Source: an uncultured Bdellovibrionales bacterium (GTDB lineage: Bacteria > Bdellovibrionota_C > UBA2361 > J135). Taken from it: a stretch of 64,000 nucleotides of DNA. Position 1 is the first letter of the stretch, and each line of letters opens with the position of its first letter. Position numbers and translations under genes: made by a program. Below, one piece after another: positions 19,264 to 26,924 of this stretch. Below the pieces are notes generated by a model. That model worked only from the letters and a program-made list of their open reading frames with translations, did no database searches and had not been told where the DNA came from. The stretch spans positions 22,117 to 86,116 of the forward strand of contig CAZFXN010000003.1 in assembly GCA_964523015.1 (NCBI GenBank), written 5' to 3'.

Positions 19264-20420
19264 TACTTAGTCCGCTTAAGCACGATAACTGTTACGTCAT
19301 CTTTTAATATTCGACCTTCTGTAAACTCTAAGAATGAATTTATTAAAGCAGTCATGATACTCTTAGCACTATCCTCTGGGGATGTGGCTAATAAAACTTC
19401 AGAAACACGCTTATGTCCGTATTGATCTAGGGTTCGACTCTGTCCCTCAGATATCCCATCAGTTATTAGAACAAAAAGATCATCCTTTTGAAGCTGGCAC
19501 TTCTCCATCGCATAGTCCCCTTCTTCAAAGAATCCGATTGCTAAACCACCAGCCATTAGCTCTGTAACCTTTCCTTCTGAACGAGACAAAACAAATCCAG
19601 GAGGATGACCTGCTCGACAAAAAACTACCTCGCCACTTGCTGGATAATAAAGTCCAGCACCCATCGTTACAAATCGCCCCTGTGGAATCTGTGGGGTCAT
19701 TAACCGATTCATTCCATCTAAAAGCTCATTTGGGAGCGATTTATTTGTGGCAACCATGGCCATCTTAGTCATCGCACCAATAAAAGCTGCTGGTAATCCG
19801 TGTCCTGTTACATCGGCAATCATAAGGCGAATATTGCCACCATCAATCTCTTGAGTATAAAACCAGTCCCCGCCAAGCTCTTCAAGTGGAATATAGCAGG
19901 TCTCAATTTCAAATAGATCGCTCTTTGGAAGATCTTTAGGCAACAGGCTGGCTTGAATACTTTTTGCATCTTCAAGCTCACGAGTATGCTTCTCTGTAAG
20001 ATCTCTTAGATGAGCATTTACTTCTGCTAAACTTGGATTATTATCCCTATCTGCCCCTGCCATCTTTCTTAATCTCAGCAGAGTTGCCACTTTACTGACA
20101 ACAATTCCTAAACCAGCATTAGGAGCAAGGATTTCTATATTTTCAAAGGGAAGCTCCTTTAATTCATCAAGCAGGTGCTCCTCATTAGAAAAGAAAAGCA
20201 CAGGAAGTTTCCGAGTCGAAATCCCCTCACGAAGCTTTTTAAGAATCAAGATTGGATCTTCACATCCATCTGCAGCTAGAAACAATAAATCAATAAAATT
20301 CCTCTCAATATATGGAATAATATCTAGATCTCCAGAGCCAGGATGAACCTCATACCCCATCTTACGTAGAGCCCCATCTATTTTCTGATCAATATTTCCA
20401 AATAATAGTATTGAATCCAT
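19263..20420 (-). CDS. response-regulator receiver + SpoIIE/RsbU-type PP2C phosphatase
   Basis: A receiver-like N-domain is followed by the SpoIIE blocks GDWFYT...MIADVTGHGLPAAFIGAM and VLITDGISE. Confidence 0.85.
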   Translation of the reverse strand: MDSILLFGNIDQKIDGALRKMGYEVHPGSGDLDIIPYIERNFIDLLFLAADGCEDPILILKKLREGISTRKLPVLFFSNEEHLLDELKELPFENIEILAPNAGLGIVVSKVATLLRLRKMAGADRDNNPSLAEVNAHLRDLTEKHTRELEDAKSIQASLLPKDLPKSDLFEIETCYIPLEELGGDWFYTQEIDGGNIRLMIADVTGHGLPAAFIGAMTKMAMVATNKSLPNELLDGMNRLMTPQIPQGRFVTMGAGLYYPASGEVVFCRAGHPPGFVLSRSEGKVTELMAGGLAIGFFEEGDYAMEKCQLQKDDLFVLITDGISEGQSRTLDQYGHKRVSEVLLATSPEDSAKSIMTALINSFLEFTEGRILKDDVTVIVLKRTK

Positions 20421-20514
20421 ATCTTAATTTCTAAAAACATTATCTATGTGTAGCATCTGGCCATATGGCGACACTATCGCTACAATAAGTGCTTAACTCC
20501 GGAATCTCTCCATA

Positions 20515-21816
20515 ATGACAATCGACGACAATAACAAGAAACTGAACTTATCATCCCACCAATCATCCCAAAAGACAGCTAAAACAGAAAGCTTAAAAAC
20601 AATTGCTTCCCTGGCTGCCTCAATTATCGTTTATAACGGTTCATTTATAGGGCGAGCTGCTCTAATACTGCTAATCCCTCATCTCTCAGTACTATGGCTA
20701 AGCACTAATAATGAGATCCCTATCGCTCCTCTTTTACTACTTAATCATGCCTGCTTTCTTGGCTATACTTTGATTTTAACACAAAAATCTTTAGTTAGCT
20801 TTGGGTTAAAAATTTCTCTTAGTCCTAAAGTTATCTTATCATTTTTAGCTATCGGATTATTTCAATGGTTGCTCTATGCATTGCCAATTCAAATTGTCCT
20901 CCCCCTTTTAGTTACCTCTCAATCGCTTCAAATAATCGCTCTGCCGATAACATTATTCCTTTCAATCCCTCTGATGTTTCTCTCTCTAAGATTATTTCTA
21001 TTTCCTGTACCTGCTCTTTTGATGAAAGGCTTCTCTCTTTCTGAATTCCGCCTATGCATCTACAATACTTTAAACTTATCAACTAAGGATAAAGCACTCC
21101 CTCTTAGATTACTTATAGCACCTACTGCAATCAGTATTTTTCTCTCCTCTTTACCCCTAGCAATATCCCCTGATGGTCGACTAATTGAGATCTACTATAT
21201 TGCTGCAGCACTTGAAACATCCTTATGGATACTAGCTTCGGCCTTATCAATTGCCGCTGGGCTTACTTGCCTCCCTGATAAAGATTGGAAGAGTGCAAAT
21301 CTCGATCCTTACAGAGACGACCGCTTTAAAACCATTCTTTTAAAAGCACCTAAGGCATTAACGAAAATGCTTTCTCCAGCTTTCGGATGGAAATTACTAG
21401 CTGTTGCTTTACTTATTTGGACAGGGAATTTCTTACGTTTACAATCAATGGCACCAGCAGCTGAAATTAGCATATTGCAAACTATTGTAGCTGATAAGGA
21501 ACTAACACTGGTCGTTGAACTAAAGGATCCTAGTTATAGCTTTAGAGGCTTTGTGCCGGCTGCCTTTAAGATAGCTGGAGAGACCGGAACAATCATTGCT
21601 CCAATTCCTAAAAAAGTTACCGAAAACTTATCAGAGAAGGATCTTTTTTTAGGGATTCCGACAACCTCAGAACCAATAACACTGAAACTGATATTCGAAA
21701 CGGATCGTACTGCGGAGAATTTAATTCGTCTTCAGGATCTTTACCTATACTATAGGGCGTATCAAGCACTTCCTCTGACATTTAAAGATGCAACTATTAT
21801 AAAATCAGAGCCTTAA
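20515..21816 (+). CDS. hypothetical polytopic membrane protein (433 aa)
   Basis: Long ORF with about 8 hydrophobic helices in the first 300 aa and a soluble C-terminal ~120 aa. No motif recognised. Confidence 0.55.
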   Translation: MTIDDNNKKLNLSSHQSSQKTAKTESLKTIASLAASIIVYNGSFIGRAALILLIPHLSVLWLSTNNEIPIAPLLLLNHACFLGYTLILTQKSLVSFGLKISLSPKVILSFLAIGLFQWLLYALPIQIVLPLLVTSQSLQIIALPITLFLSIPLMFLSLRLFLFPVPALLMKGFSLSEFRLCIYNTLNLSTKDKALPLRLLIAPTAISIFLSSLPLAISPDGRLIEIYYIAAALETSLWILASALSIAAGLTCLPDKDWKSANLDPYRDDRFKTILLKAPKALTKMLSPAFGWKLLAVALLIWTGNFLRLQSMAPAAEISILQTIVADKELTLVVELKDPSYSFRGFVPAAFKIAGETGTIIAPIPKKVTENLSEKDLFLGIPTTSEPITLKLIFETDRTAENLIRLQDLYLYYRAYQALPLTFKDATIIKSEP

Positions 21817-21980
21817 TTAATCTGTTAAAAAATGTGACGGCTATGAAGTTTATCTTAACTCCAGCTCCCCGCGGTCTCCAGTGTGTTTATTCCTAAGGCG
21901 ACTCGCCGTTGTCTTTAGGTCTGTGGTGATTCTATTTTTAATTTACAAGGAGAGCGCGGAATACGCGGAGAAGTCAGAGA

Positions 21981-22017
21981 TAATCCCAAGTTATTTTGGA
22001 GCCAAGCTATACTCTTT
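21981..22017. repeat. direct repeat, left copy (attL-like); duplicates the last 9 codons + stop + 10 nt of the gene at 23135-23647
   Basis: TAATcCCAAGTTATTTTGGAGCCAAGCTATACTCTTT. On the minus strand it reads KEYSLAPK-stop, identical to the C-terminus of the Rieske-like gene 1.1 kb away. Confidence 0.85.
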
Positions 22018-22253
22018 TGAAGATTCTGACATTGTTTGCGATATTCATTACAAACGTTACTGTGGGAGCAGCCTCGGGCAAGACACCCTTGAGCGCCTTA
22101 TCATTTCCAAGGTAAAGCAATTCTATACTAGAAAATGATCCGATCAAAGAAAATTTTTGCGCGTGATTTTTTTCGACAGAATAATGCCAAAAAACGCCGA
22201 CCAAGAATCAAAATTCAATTCACCAAGAATTAGATCAAGAATCCAATTATCAA

Positions 22254-22487
22254 CTATCTATTTTTTGATTCCGGCGCAAAGCGCGGCGCGAGACCAACAT
22301 CGTTGCCACCACCAGCATCGCAGAGGTCGCTGACAATAACGTAGATACCGCCGACATGGTAGATACCGCCGACATGCGAGCCGACCACCACACCCCCCTG
22401 ATCAGTAAAGGTCCATCTGTTTTGGAATCCTGGCATCTGCTCTCCTGTTGTAAGGTTATTATATCCAAGCATCAGGACGGTATCCAT
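22254..22487 (-). CDS. small hypothetical ORF (77 aa), Gly-rich, with in-frame 18-bp tandem duplication (HVGGIY x2); coding status uncertain
   Basis: ATG at 22487. Third codon positions are strikingly G/C-rich compared with neighbouring genes. A 72-aa ORF overlaps it in another frame. No SD recognised. Confidence 0.25.
   Translation of the reverse strand: MDTVLMLGYNNLTTGEQMPGFQNRWTFTDQGGVVVGSHVGGIYHVGGIYVIVSDLCDAGGGNDVGLAPRFAPESKNR
22341..22376. repeat. perfect 18-bp tandem duplication GTAGATACCGCCGACATG x2
   Basis: Read directly from the sequence. Confidence 0.95.
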
Positions 22488-22592
22488 CGGATCGCAAGTT
22501 TCGCTTCCTGGGATGTGTTTTAAGGCATTACGTTTTGATTTATCAAGTGTATCTTCTCTGACAGTATATTGAAATAGCTGTCTCTTGAGTCA

Positions 22593-22775
22593 TTATACTG
22601 CCTCCTGCCTATCGCCATAAATGACTTTCAATATTTCTTTAGAGAGAGCTTGTTTTTCTTCGTCAGAAAGAGTGGTTCCAAGCAGAAGGTTTTCAAAGCG
22701 TCTATACAAAGCTTCGTGTTCTGGGCTCTTTTCGTTACTGCTCTTTTCCCTACTGCTTTCTGACATAAAAGACAC
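22593..22775 (-). CDS. small hypothetical acidic/helical ORF (60 aa)
   Basis: ORF MSFMSESSREKSSNEKSPEHEALYRRFENLL... It ends in TAATGA, immediately upstream of the frame that contains the 77-aa ORF. Confidence 0.3.
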   Translation of the reverse strand: MSFMSESSREKSSNEKSPEHEALYRRFENLLLGTTLSDEEKQALSKEILKVIYGDRQEAV

Positions 22776-23012
22776 TTTATTATTAAATTCAACTCAGGCG
22801 ACTATCTTTGCATGTTAATAAGAGCCTGGGTAACCTACACCATGTTATAAAGGATTGGGATTAATGGGTATCATTTATCTGGCAGGCGATATGAATCACA
22901 TTAAATGTTATCGCAAGGTGTTGAAAACTAATAGGAATATGATTCAATGACTCATAATTCATGTGTGACAAACTATACTACGCCCTATACTATGCCTGTG
23001 CAACTGCATCTC

Positions 23013-23084
23013 CATAGTTTTTCAAGAGGGCTTCTTGAGGCTTTAAATGTCCCCAGCCTCGAGAAGCCCTCTTGAAAAACTATG
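23013..23084 (+). other. long near-perfect inverted repeat / hairpin (28-nt arms, 16-nt spacer)
   Basis: Left arm CATAGTTTTTCAAGAGGGCTTCTTGAGG at 23013-23040. Right arm CCTCGAGAAGCCCTCTTGAAAAACTATG at 23057-23084. There is one T/G opposition, which is a G-U wobble only in a plus-strand RNA. CT/AG in the spacer can extend the stem to 30 bp. A T6 run follows at 23091-23096. Confidence 0.9.
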
Positions 23085-23111
23085 ACAGGGATTTTTTGAT
23101 GGAGGCACTCT

Positions 23112-23161
23112 TAATGCCAAGTTATTTTGGAGCTTTATTTTGGAGCCAAGCTATACTCTTT
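23112..23161. repeat. direct repeat, right copy (attR-like) with internal 13-nt tandem duplication
   Basis: TAATgCCAAG-TTATTTTGGAGC-t-TTATTTTGGAGC-CAAGCTATACTCTTT. It overlaps the stop codon and last codons of the gene at 23135-23647. Confidence 0.85.
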
Positions 23162-23647
23162 CGGAAATGACAACCTCCAGGTCTCATTCACTTCAACTCC
23201 AATCCTGGCATAAAGTGTATCTTTAGGACCACCGGCCAACCCTTCTCCGAGAAAAAGATTAAAATATGGTAAGGGGCTTATTGCTGGTTCTTTCAGAACC
23301 TTCCCTGATCCGTCAAACTCGCTATTACACACATCACAGAAAAGTATCGGGCCAGATTCATTCTTTTTCACCTTTAGCCTTCTAAGATCGTGTGAACATA
23401 AAGTACTCATGGCATAAAGCCCTCGCTCGTCTTGGCGGACAAGGACGGCGTATTCATAGATCTCTCTAACTGGAACGTCACGATATGCTGATATGACTCC
23501 TAACTTAGCAAACCCAAGTGGCCTTTTTTTTATTTGATTTTTACAACCAACAATAAAAATAGCACTGGATAATATTGTTATCAAAAAAAACAGGGCTGGT
23601 CGTCTATTAAATACGCGGGAACAAAGTCGACTTCTGGATTTTTCCAT
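23135..23647 (-). CDS. Rieske-fold-like lipoprotein with atypical ligand pattern (C-x-H ... C-x-x-C)
   Basis: Signal peptide with lipobox IFIVGC. TLCSHDL ... LFCDVCNSEFDGSGKV aligns with the Rieske pattern CxH...CxxHGxxF, but Cys occupies the second His position. I prefer the ATG at 23647, which overlaps the upstream stop (TAATG). The track start at 23659 is TTG. Confidence 0.55.
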   Translation of the reverse strand: MEKSRSRLCSRVFNRRPALFFLITILSSAIFIVGCKNQIKKRPLGFAKLGVISAYRDVPVREIYEYAVLVRQDERGLYAMSTLCSHDLRRLKVKKNESGPILFCDVCNSEFDGSGKVLKEPAISPLPYFNLFLGEGLAGGPKDTLYARIGVEVNETWRLSFPKEYSLAPK

Positions 23648-23937
23648 TAATGGATCCAAGGCAACTGCTGAGAAAGACTATCAACAACATCTTCAATTTT
23701 GACATTTAACGGAGCTACAACAACTCCCCCGCCAACTGATTTAGCTAACCGATGCATTGTATTAATCTGCTCTTCCTCTGTTTCTCCAATAACGATTGCT
23801 TCTATACCATCGGCTCCGATTTTTTCTAGTCCGACCTGCAGTGCTTCTTCGTCATGTGAAAGGATAAGCATACGGTGTCCCTTGACCGTCACCGCCATTG
23901 GCATGTTGTTAGATATAGGTAGGTATAAAATTTCCAT
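23647..23937 (-). CDS. hypothetical small cytoplasmic protein (96 aa)
   Basis: Intact ORF translationally coupled to the downstream Rieske-like gene. No motif recognised. Confidence 0.5.
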   Translation of the reverse strand: MEILYLPISNNMPMAVTVKGHRMLILSHDEEALQVGLEKIGADGIEAIVIGETEEEQINTMHRLAKSVGGGVVVAPLNVKIEDVVDSLSQQLPWIH

Positions 23938-24059
23938 CTCTATTCGCTTCTTTGTAGTACCTTATTTGAACCTATAATCACGAATTTGGGGAGAGGCAAC
24001 TATTATTAAATATTCTTTTTTACCACCTCCGGCAATTACCTATAATTGCTGGGAAAATA

Positions 24060-24854
24060 CTACTGTAGTCTCTCTTTCTCTTCTTTTAAAATATCAGACT
24101 GACCGGGATGGGTAGAGATAATTTGATCTATTATTGAAAGAGCGTCCTGCTTCTCCTCGTCGGTAGCTGAGACCCTTGCTAAAGTTTGGGCAGCCGAGCT
24201 GTGCACAAACTTCCCTTCTGTTGCCAATGTTTTTAATTGATCACGACCTTCGATGTAAGTATCAGCGTTATCCAAAAGAGAGCGAGCGAGCATTAGGGTA
24301 GCCAACTCTTGTACTAAAACACTTCCATCATCATTACTATCTGACAACTGATCATTCACTGCACCAACCGCAGACTTAAGTGACGCAATATCTCCAGACT
24401 TAGAAGCATTAAGACCTCGATAAAGATTAGCAAGATTACCATAAGGCTCTCGTGCATCTGACAAGGCAGCTAATCTCTGAGAGAATTTTTCTTTAGTTTC
24501 ATCAACCTGTTTTTGAAGTGCTTCTTTCTCTTTAGCTAAATCAGTTCCTTTCTTTACGTCTTCTTTTTCCCCCACTTGTGGCTGATTCAAAGTTATTAAC
24601 TTTGACTGAAGTTCAGTTAATTCCTTTGAGGTTTCCTGTACTTTTACCAATAAATCGGCTGCAGCTATAAAGCTTAGGTTTTGTGCCTGCTGATACCGTG
24701 TGTAAATGTAATAACCCCCAAAAATGACCACTGCAGTTACAAGTAGCTGTCGCCAGTTATTAGCTATGTATCCAAAAAATGGATCCTCCTCCTTTGCTTG
24801 AGCAAGCGCAGGATCTGTATAGATATCATGAGGGGTTTCTTGTTGGTTGTTCAT
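24060..24854 (-). CDS. membrane-anchored coiled-coil / TPR-like protein (YfgM-like architecture)
   Basis: An acidic N-terminus is followed by a single TM helix (LLVTAVVIFGGYYIY) and a long helical region. It starts immediately after the upstream gene's stop codon, with no intergenic spacer. Confidence 0.5.
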   Translation of the reverse strand: MNNQQETPHDIYTDPALAQAKEEDPFFGYIANNWRQLLVTAVVIFGGYYIYTRYQQAQNLSFIAAADLLVKVQETSKELTELQSKLITLNQPQVGEKEDVKKGTDLAKEKEALQKQVDETKEKFSQRLAALSDAREPYGNLANLYRGLNASKSGDIASLKSAVGAVNDQLSDSNDDGSVLVQELATLMLARSLLDNADTYIEGRDQLKTLATEGKFVHSSAAQTLARVSATDEEKQDALSIIDQIISTHPGQSDILKEEKERLQ

Positions 24855-25436
24855 TTACATCTTATATTTAAAGTCATCAGGATCTAGATCAGTTAAGATC
24901 TCATTCCATTTATTTTTATCGATTGTATTAAAATCTTTGTGATCCGCATTTTTCTCAAGCACCATCTCTTCTACAGATCCACCAACTTTATCTTTCTTTT
25001 CCTCTAGGGAGGCTGGATCCGTCACTACTGCTACTTTTGCCTGCTCTAATACATCCTTAGATACAAAGATAGGAGCTGAGGCCCTAAGTGCCATTGCAAT
25101 AGCATCACTTGGTCTTGAATCAAGGATAATGACTCTATCCCCATGACTTAAAACAAGATCTGCAAAATATGTTGCTTCTTTTAGCTCAGTAATCATTACG
25201 CGCTGCACGGTCATGTTTGCTTGCTGCATCGCCTCGTACATCAGGTCATGGGTCATCGGTCGAGCGAGCTTAATATCCTTAAGAATTGTCGCAATGGAAG
25301 TGGCTTCTGCCATCCCGATCCAAATAGGGAGGCAAAATTGATTCTGCTCATCTTTTAGAACCACAATTGGTGCTTGGGTACCCGGATCTAGAACAAGGCC
25401 ACCTACAAACATCTCAATCGCATCATCCTCTGCCAT
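24855..25436 (-). CDS. bifunctional nuclease (BFN / DUF151) family protein
   Basis: Conserved blocks seen are PIVVLKDE, LPIWIG..EA..IA, RPMTHDL and DSRPSDAIALA-like (DSRPSDAIAMALRA). Confidence 0.8.
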   Translation of the reverse strand: MAEDDAIEMFVGGLVLDPGTQAPIVVLKDEQNQFCLPIWIGMAEATSIATILKDIKLARPMTHDLMYEAMQQANMTVQRVMITELKEATYFADLVLSHGDRVIILDSRPSDAIAMALRASAPIFVSKDVLEQAKVAVVTDPASLEEKKDKVGGSVEEMVLEKNADHKDFNTIDKNKWNEILTDLDPDDFKYKM

Positions 25437-25553
25437 AGCTAAAGAAATCCTAAAAATCTAAAGTGATTAGTTATATCCTATATTTCTAATCTGTACCATT
25501 ATACTCTTTCTTATAGTCTTTCTACAGTCTTTCAATTGCCAACTATCTCAGTC

Positions 25554-26924
25554 CTAACTCATCCCTAAGAGCTGGCCTTTTAAGGTAAATTTAGCAGCCT
25601 CGGTAATCTTAACCTTAACAATATCCCCTGTCGATAATGTTGGGGCAATATCTGTTAAATTTACTACTATATTTTGTGGGGTTCTTCCCTTTAAATACCG
25701 GGCATCTAAGGCAGAAGTTCCATCAATTAAAATCTCGATCTCTCTATTAACCCAATATGCTAATCTCTCTTTTGTGATCTGATCCTGTAGCTCTATCAAC
25801 TTATATATCCTGGCAAGTTTCTCATTCTGAGTGACAAGATCTTCCATCTCAGCGGCTTTAGTACCCGGGCGCGGTGAGAAGATATAAGGAAAACTGCCGT
25901 CAAACTGAACTCTCTTTACGATATCAAGGGTATCATTAAACTCATCTTCGGTCTCACCAGGAAAACCAACTATAATATCAGTTGTAACAGCCATGTCAGG
26001 AACTCGGGTTTTTATTGCTTCGATTATCGAAAGATATCTTTCTCGTCTATAATTCCTATTCATTAATTTTAAGATCCGATCATTCCCTGACTGAAGTGGC
26101 ATATGAATATGGTGAGCAATCTTTGGGTTCGAGCACACTAGATCAATAAAATCGTCCCTGATCTCTTGAGGATGAGGACTAATAAATCTAATTCTCTTTA
26201 CTTCTTTAATATCGGCGACTTGCTCAAGCAGCCAAACAAATGACCGTCGGGGATTAAAATCAAGACCATAAGAATTTACAGTCTGTCCAAGTAACATGAT
26301 CTCCCTAGCACCTCTATGGGTCAGTAATTTAATCTCTCTTAAAATTTCATCAGGAGATCTTGAGACCTCAGGGCCCCTAGTTGTTGGCACGATACAGTAA
26401 GAGCAATTTTTATTGCAGCCACGACTAATAGAGACAAAAGCTGAGGTTCGGTTCTCCTCAGTAAAACCAAGTGGCAACTCCTCCCACTCATCTCTATAGT
26501 TTACAGCTACCTGTGGCCCTGCTCCTTCTTTTCTCAATTTTACTAATGATGGCACTAACGACAAATTATGGGTGCCAAAAACAAAGTCAACATCTCGACT
26601 TCGTTTTATGATATTCTCCCCCTCTTGCTGAGCAACACAACCACCTACCCCTATCATAAGGTTAGGGTTAATCTTTTTAATTTCCTGTACTTCACCAAGT
26701 AGGCTGTATAATTTCTGCTCCGGCTTCCCCCTAACACTACAGGTATTAATAACGACTAGATCAGCATCCTCTGGTCGATCCACAGTGTTATATTTAGGTT
26801 CTAAGATCTTGGCCAACTTTAAAGAGTCATACTGATTCATTTGGCAGCCAAAGGTGCGAATAAATACTCGCCCTTTTTTTGGGGTCTCTACTAATGGCTG
26901 TTTATCATTCAGACTTGTATTCAT
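25554..26924 (-). CDS. miaB: tRNA-i6A37 methylthiotransferase MiaB (radical SAM)
   Basis: UPF0004 N-domain (FIRTFGCQMNQYDS), radical-SAM cluster motif CNKNCSYCIVP, and a TRAM-like C-terminus. I prefer the ATG at 26924 (MNTSLND...). The track ORF extends to 26951. Confidence 0.9.
   Translation of the reverse strand: MNTSLNDKQPLVETPKKGRVFIRTFGCQMNQYDSLKLAKILEPKYNTVDRPEDADLVVINTCSVRGKPEQKLYSLLGEVQEIKKINPNLMIGVGGCVAQQEGENIIKRSRDVDFVFGTHNLSLVPSLVKLRKEGAGPQVAVNYRDEWEELPLGFTEENRTSAFVSISRGCNKNCSYCIVPTTRGPEVSRSPDEILREIKLLTHRGAREIMLLGQTVNSYGLDFNPRRSFVWLLEQVADIKEVKRIRFISPHPQEIRDDFIDLVCSNPKIAHHIHMPLQSGNDRILKLMNRNYRRERYLSIIEAIKTRVPDMAVTTDIIVGFPGETEDEFNDTLDIVKRVQFDGSFPYIFSPRPGTKAAEMEDLVTQNEKLARIYKLIELQDQITKERLAYWVNREIEILIDGTSALDARYLKGRTPQNIVVNLTDIAPTLSTGDIVKVKITEAAKFTLKGQLLGMS

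Larger units (their letters stand above)
22018..23111. mobile_element. candidate ~1.1 kb inserted segment lacking any recombinase (cis-mobilisable-element-like or decayed island)
   Basis: Bounded by the 37-nt direct repeats at 21981-22017 and 23112-23161. It has a locally GC-rich core (about 22262-22400) in an otherwise AT-rich genome. It holds only small ORFs plus a long hairpin. Confidence 0.3.

Noticed and set aside
21881-22204. 85-aa plus-strand and 65-aa minus-strand ORFs crossing the left direct repeat
   Set aside because: The two overlap each other and run through the orphan gene-end remnant. They have no motifs or SD and are probably non-coding flank.
22250-22468. 72-aa hydrophobic ORF (alternative frame of the GC-rich core) as a type I toxin
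   Set aside because: GC-rich stretches give open frames by chance. No antisense RNA promoter, SD or family resemblance could be shown. It is mentioned only under the finding for this locus.
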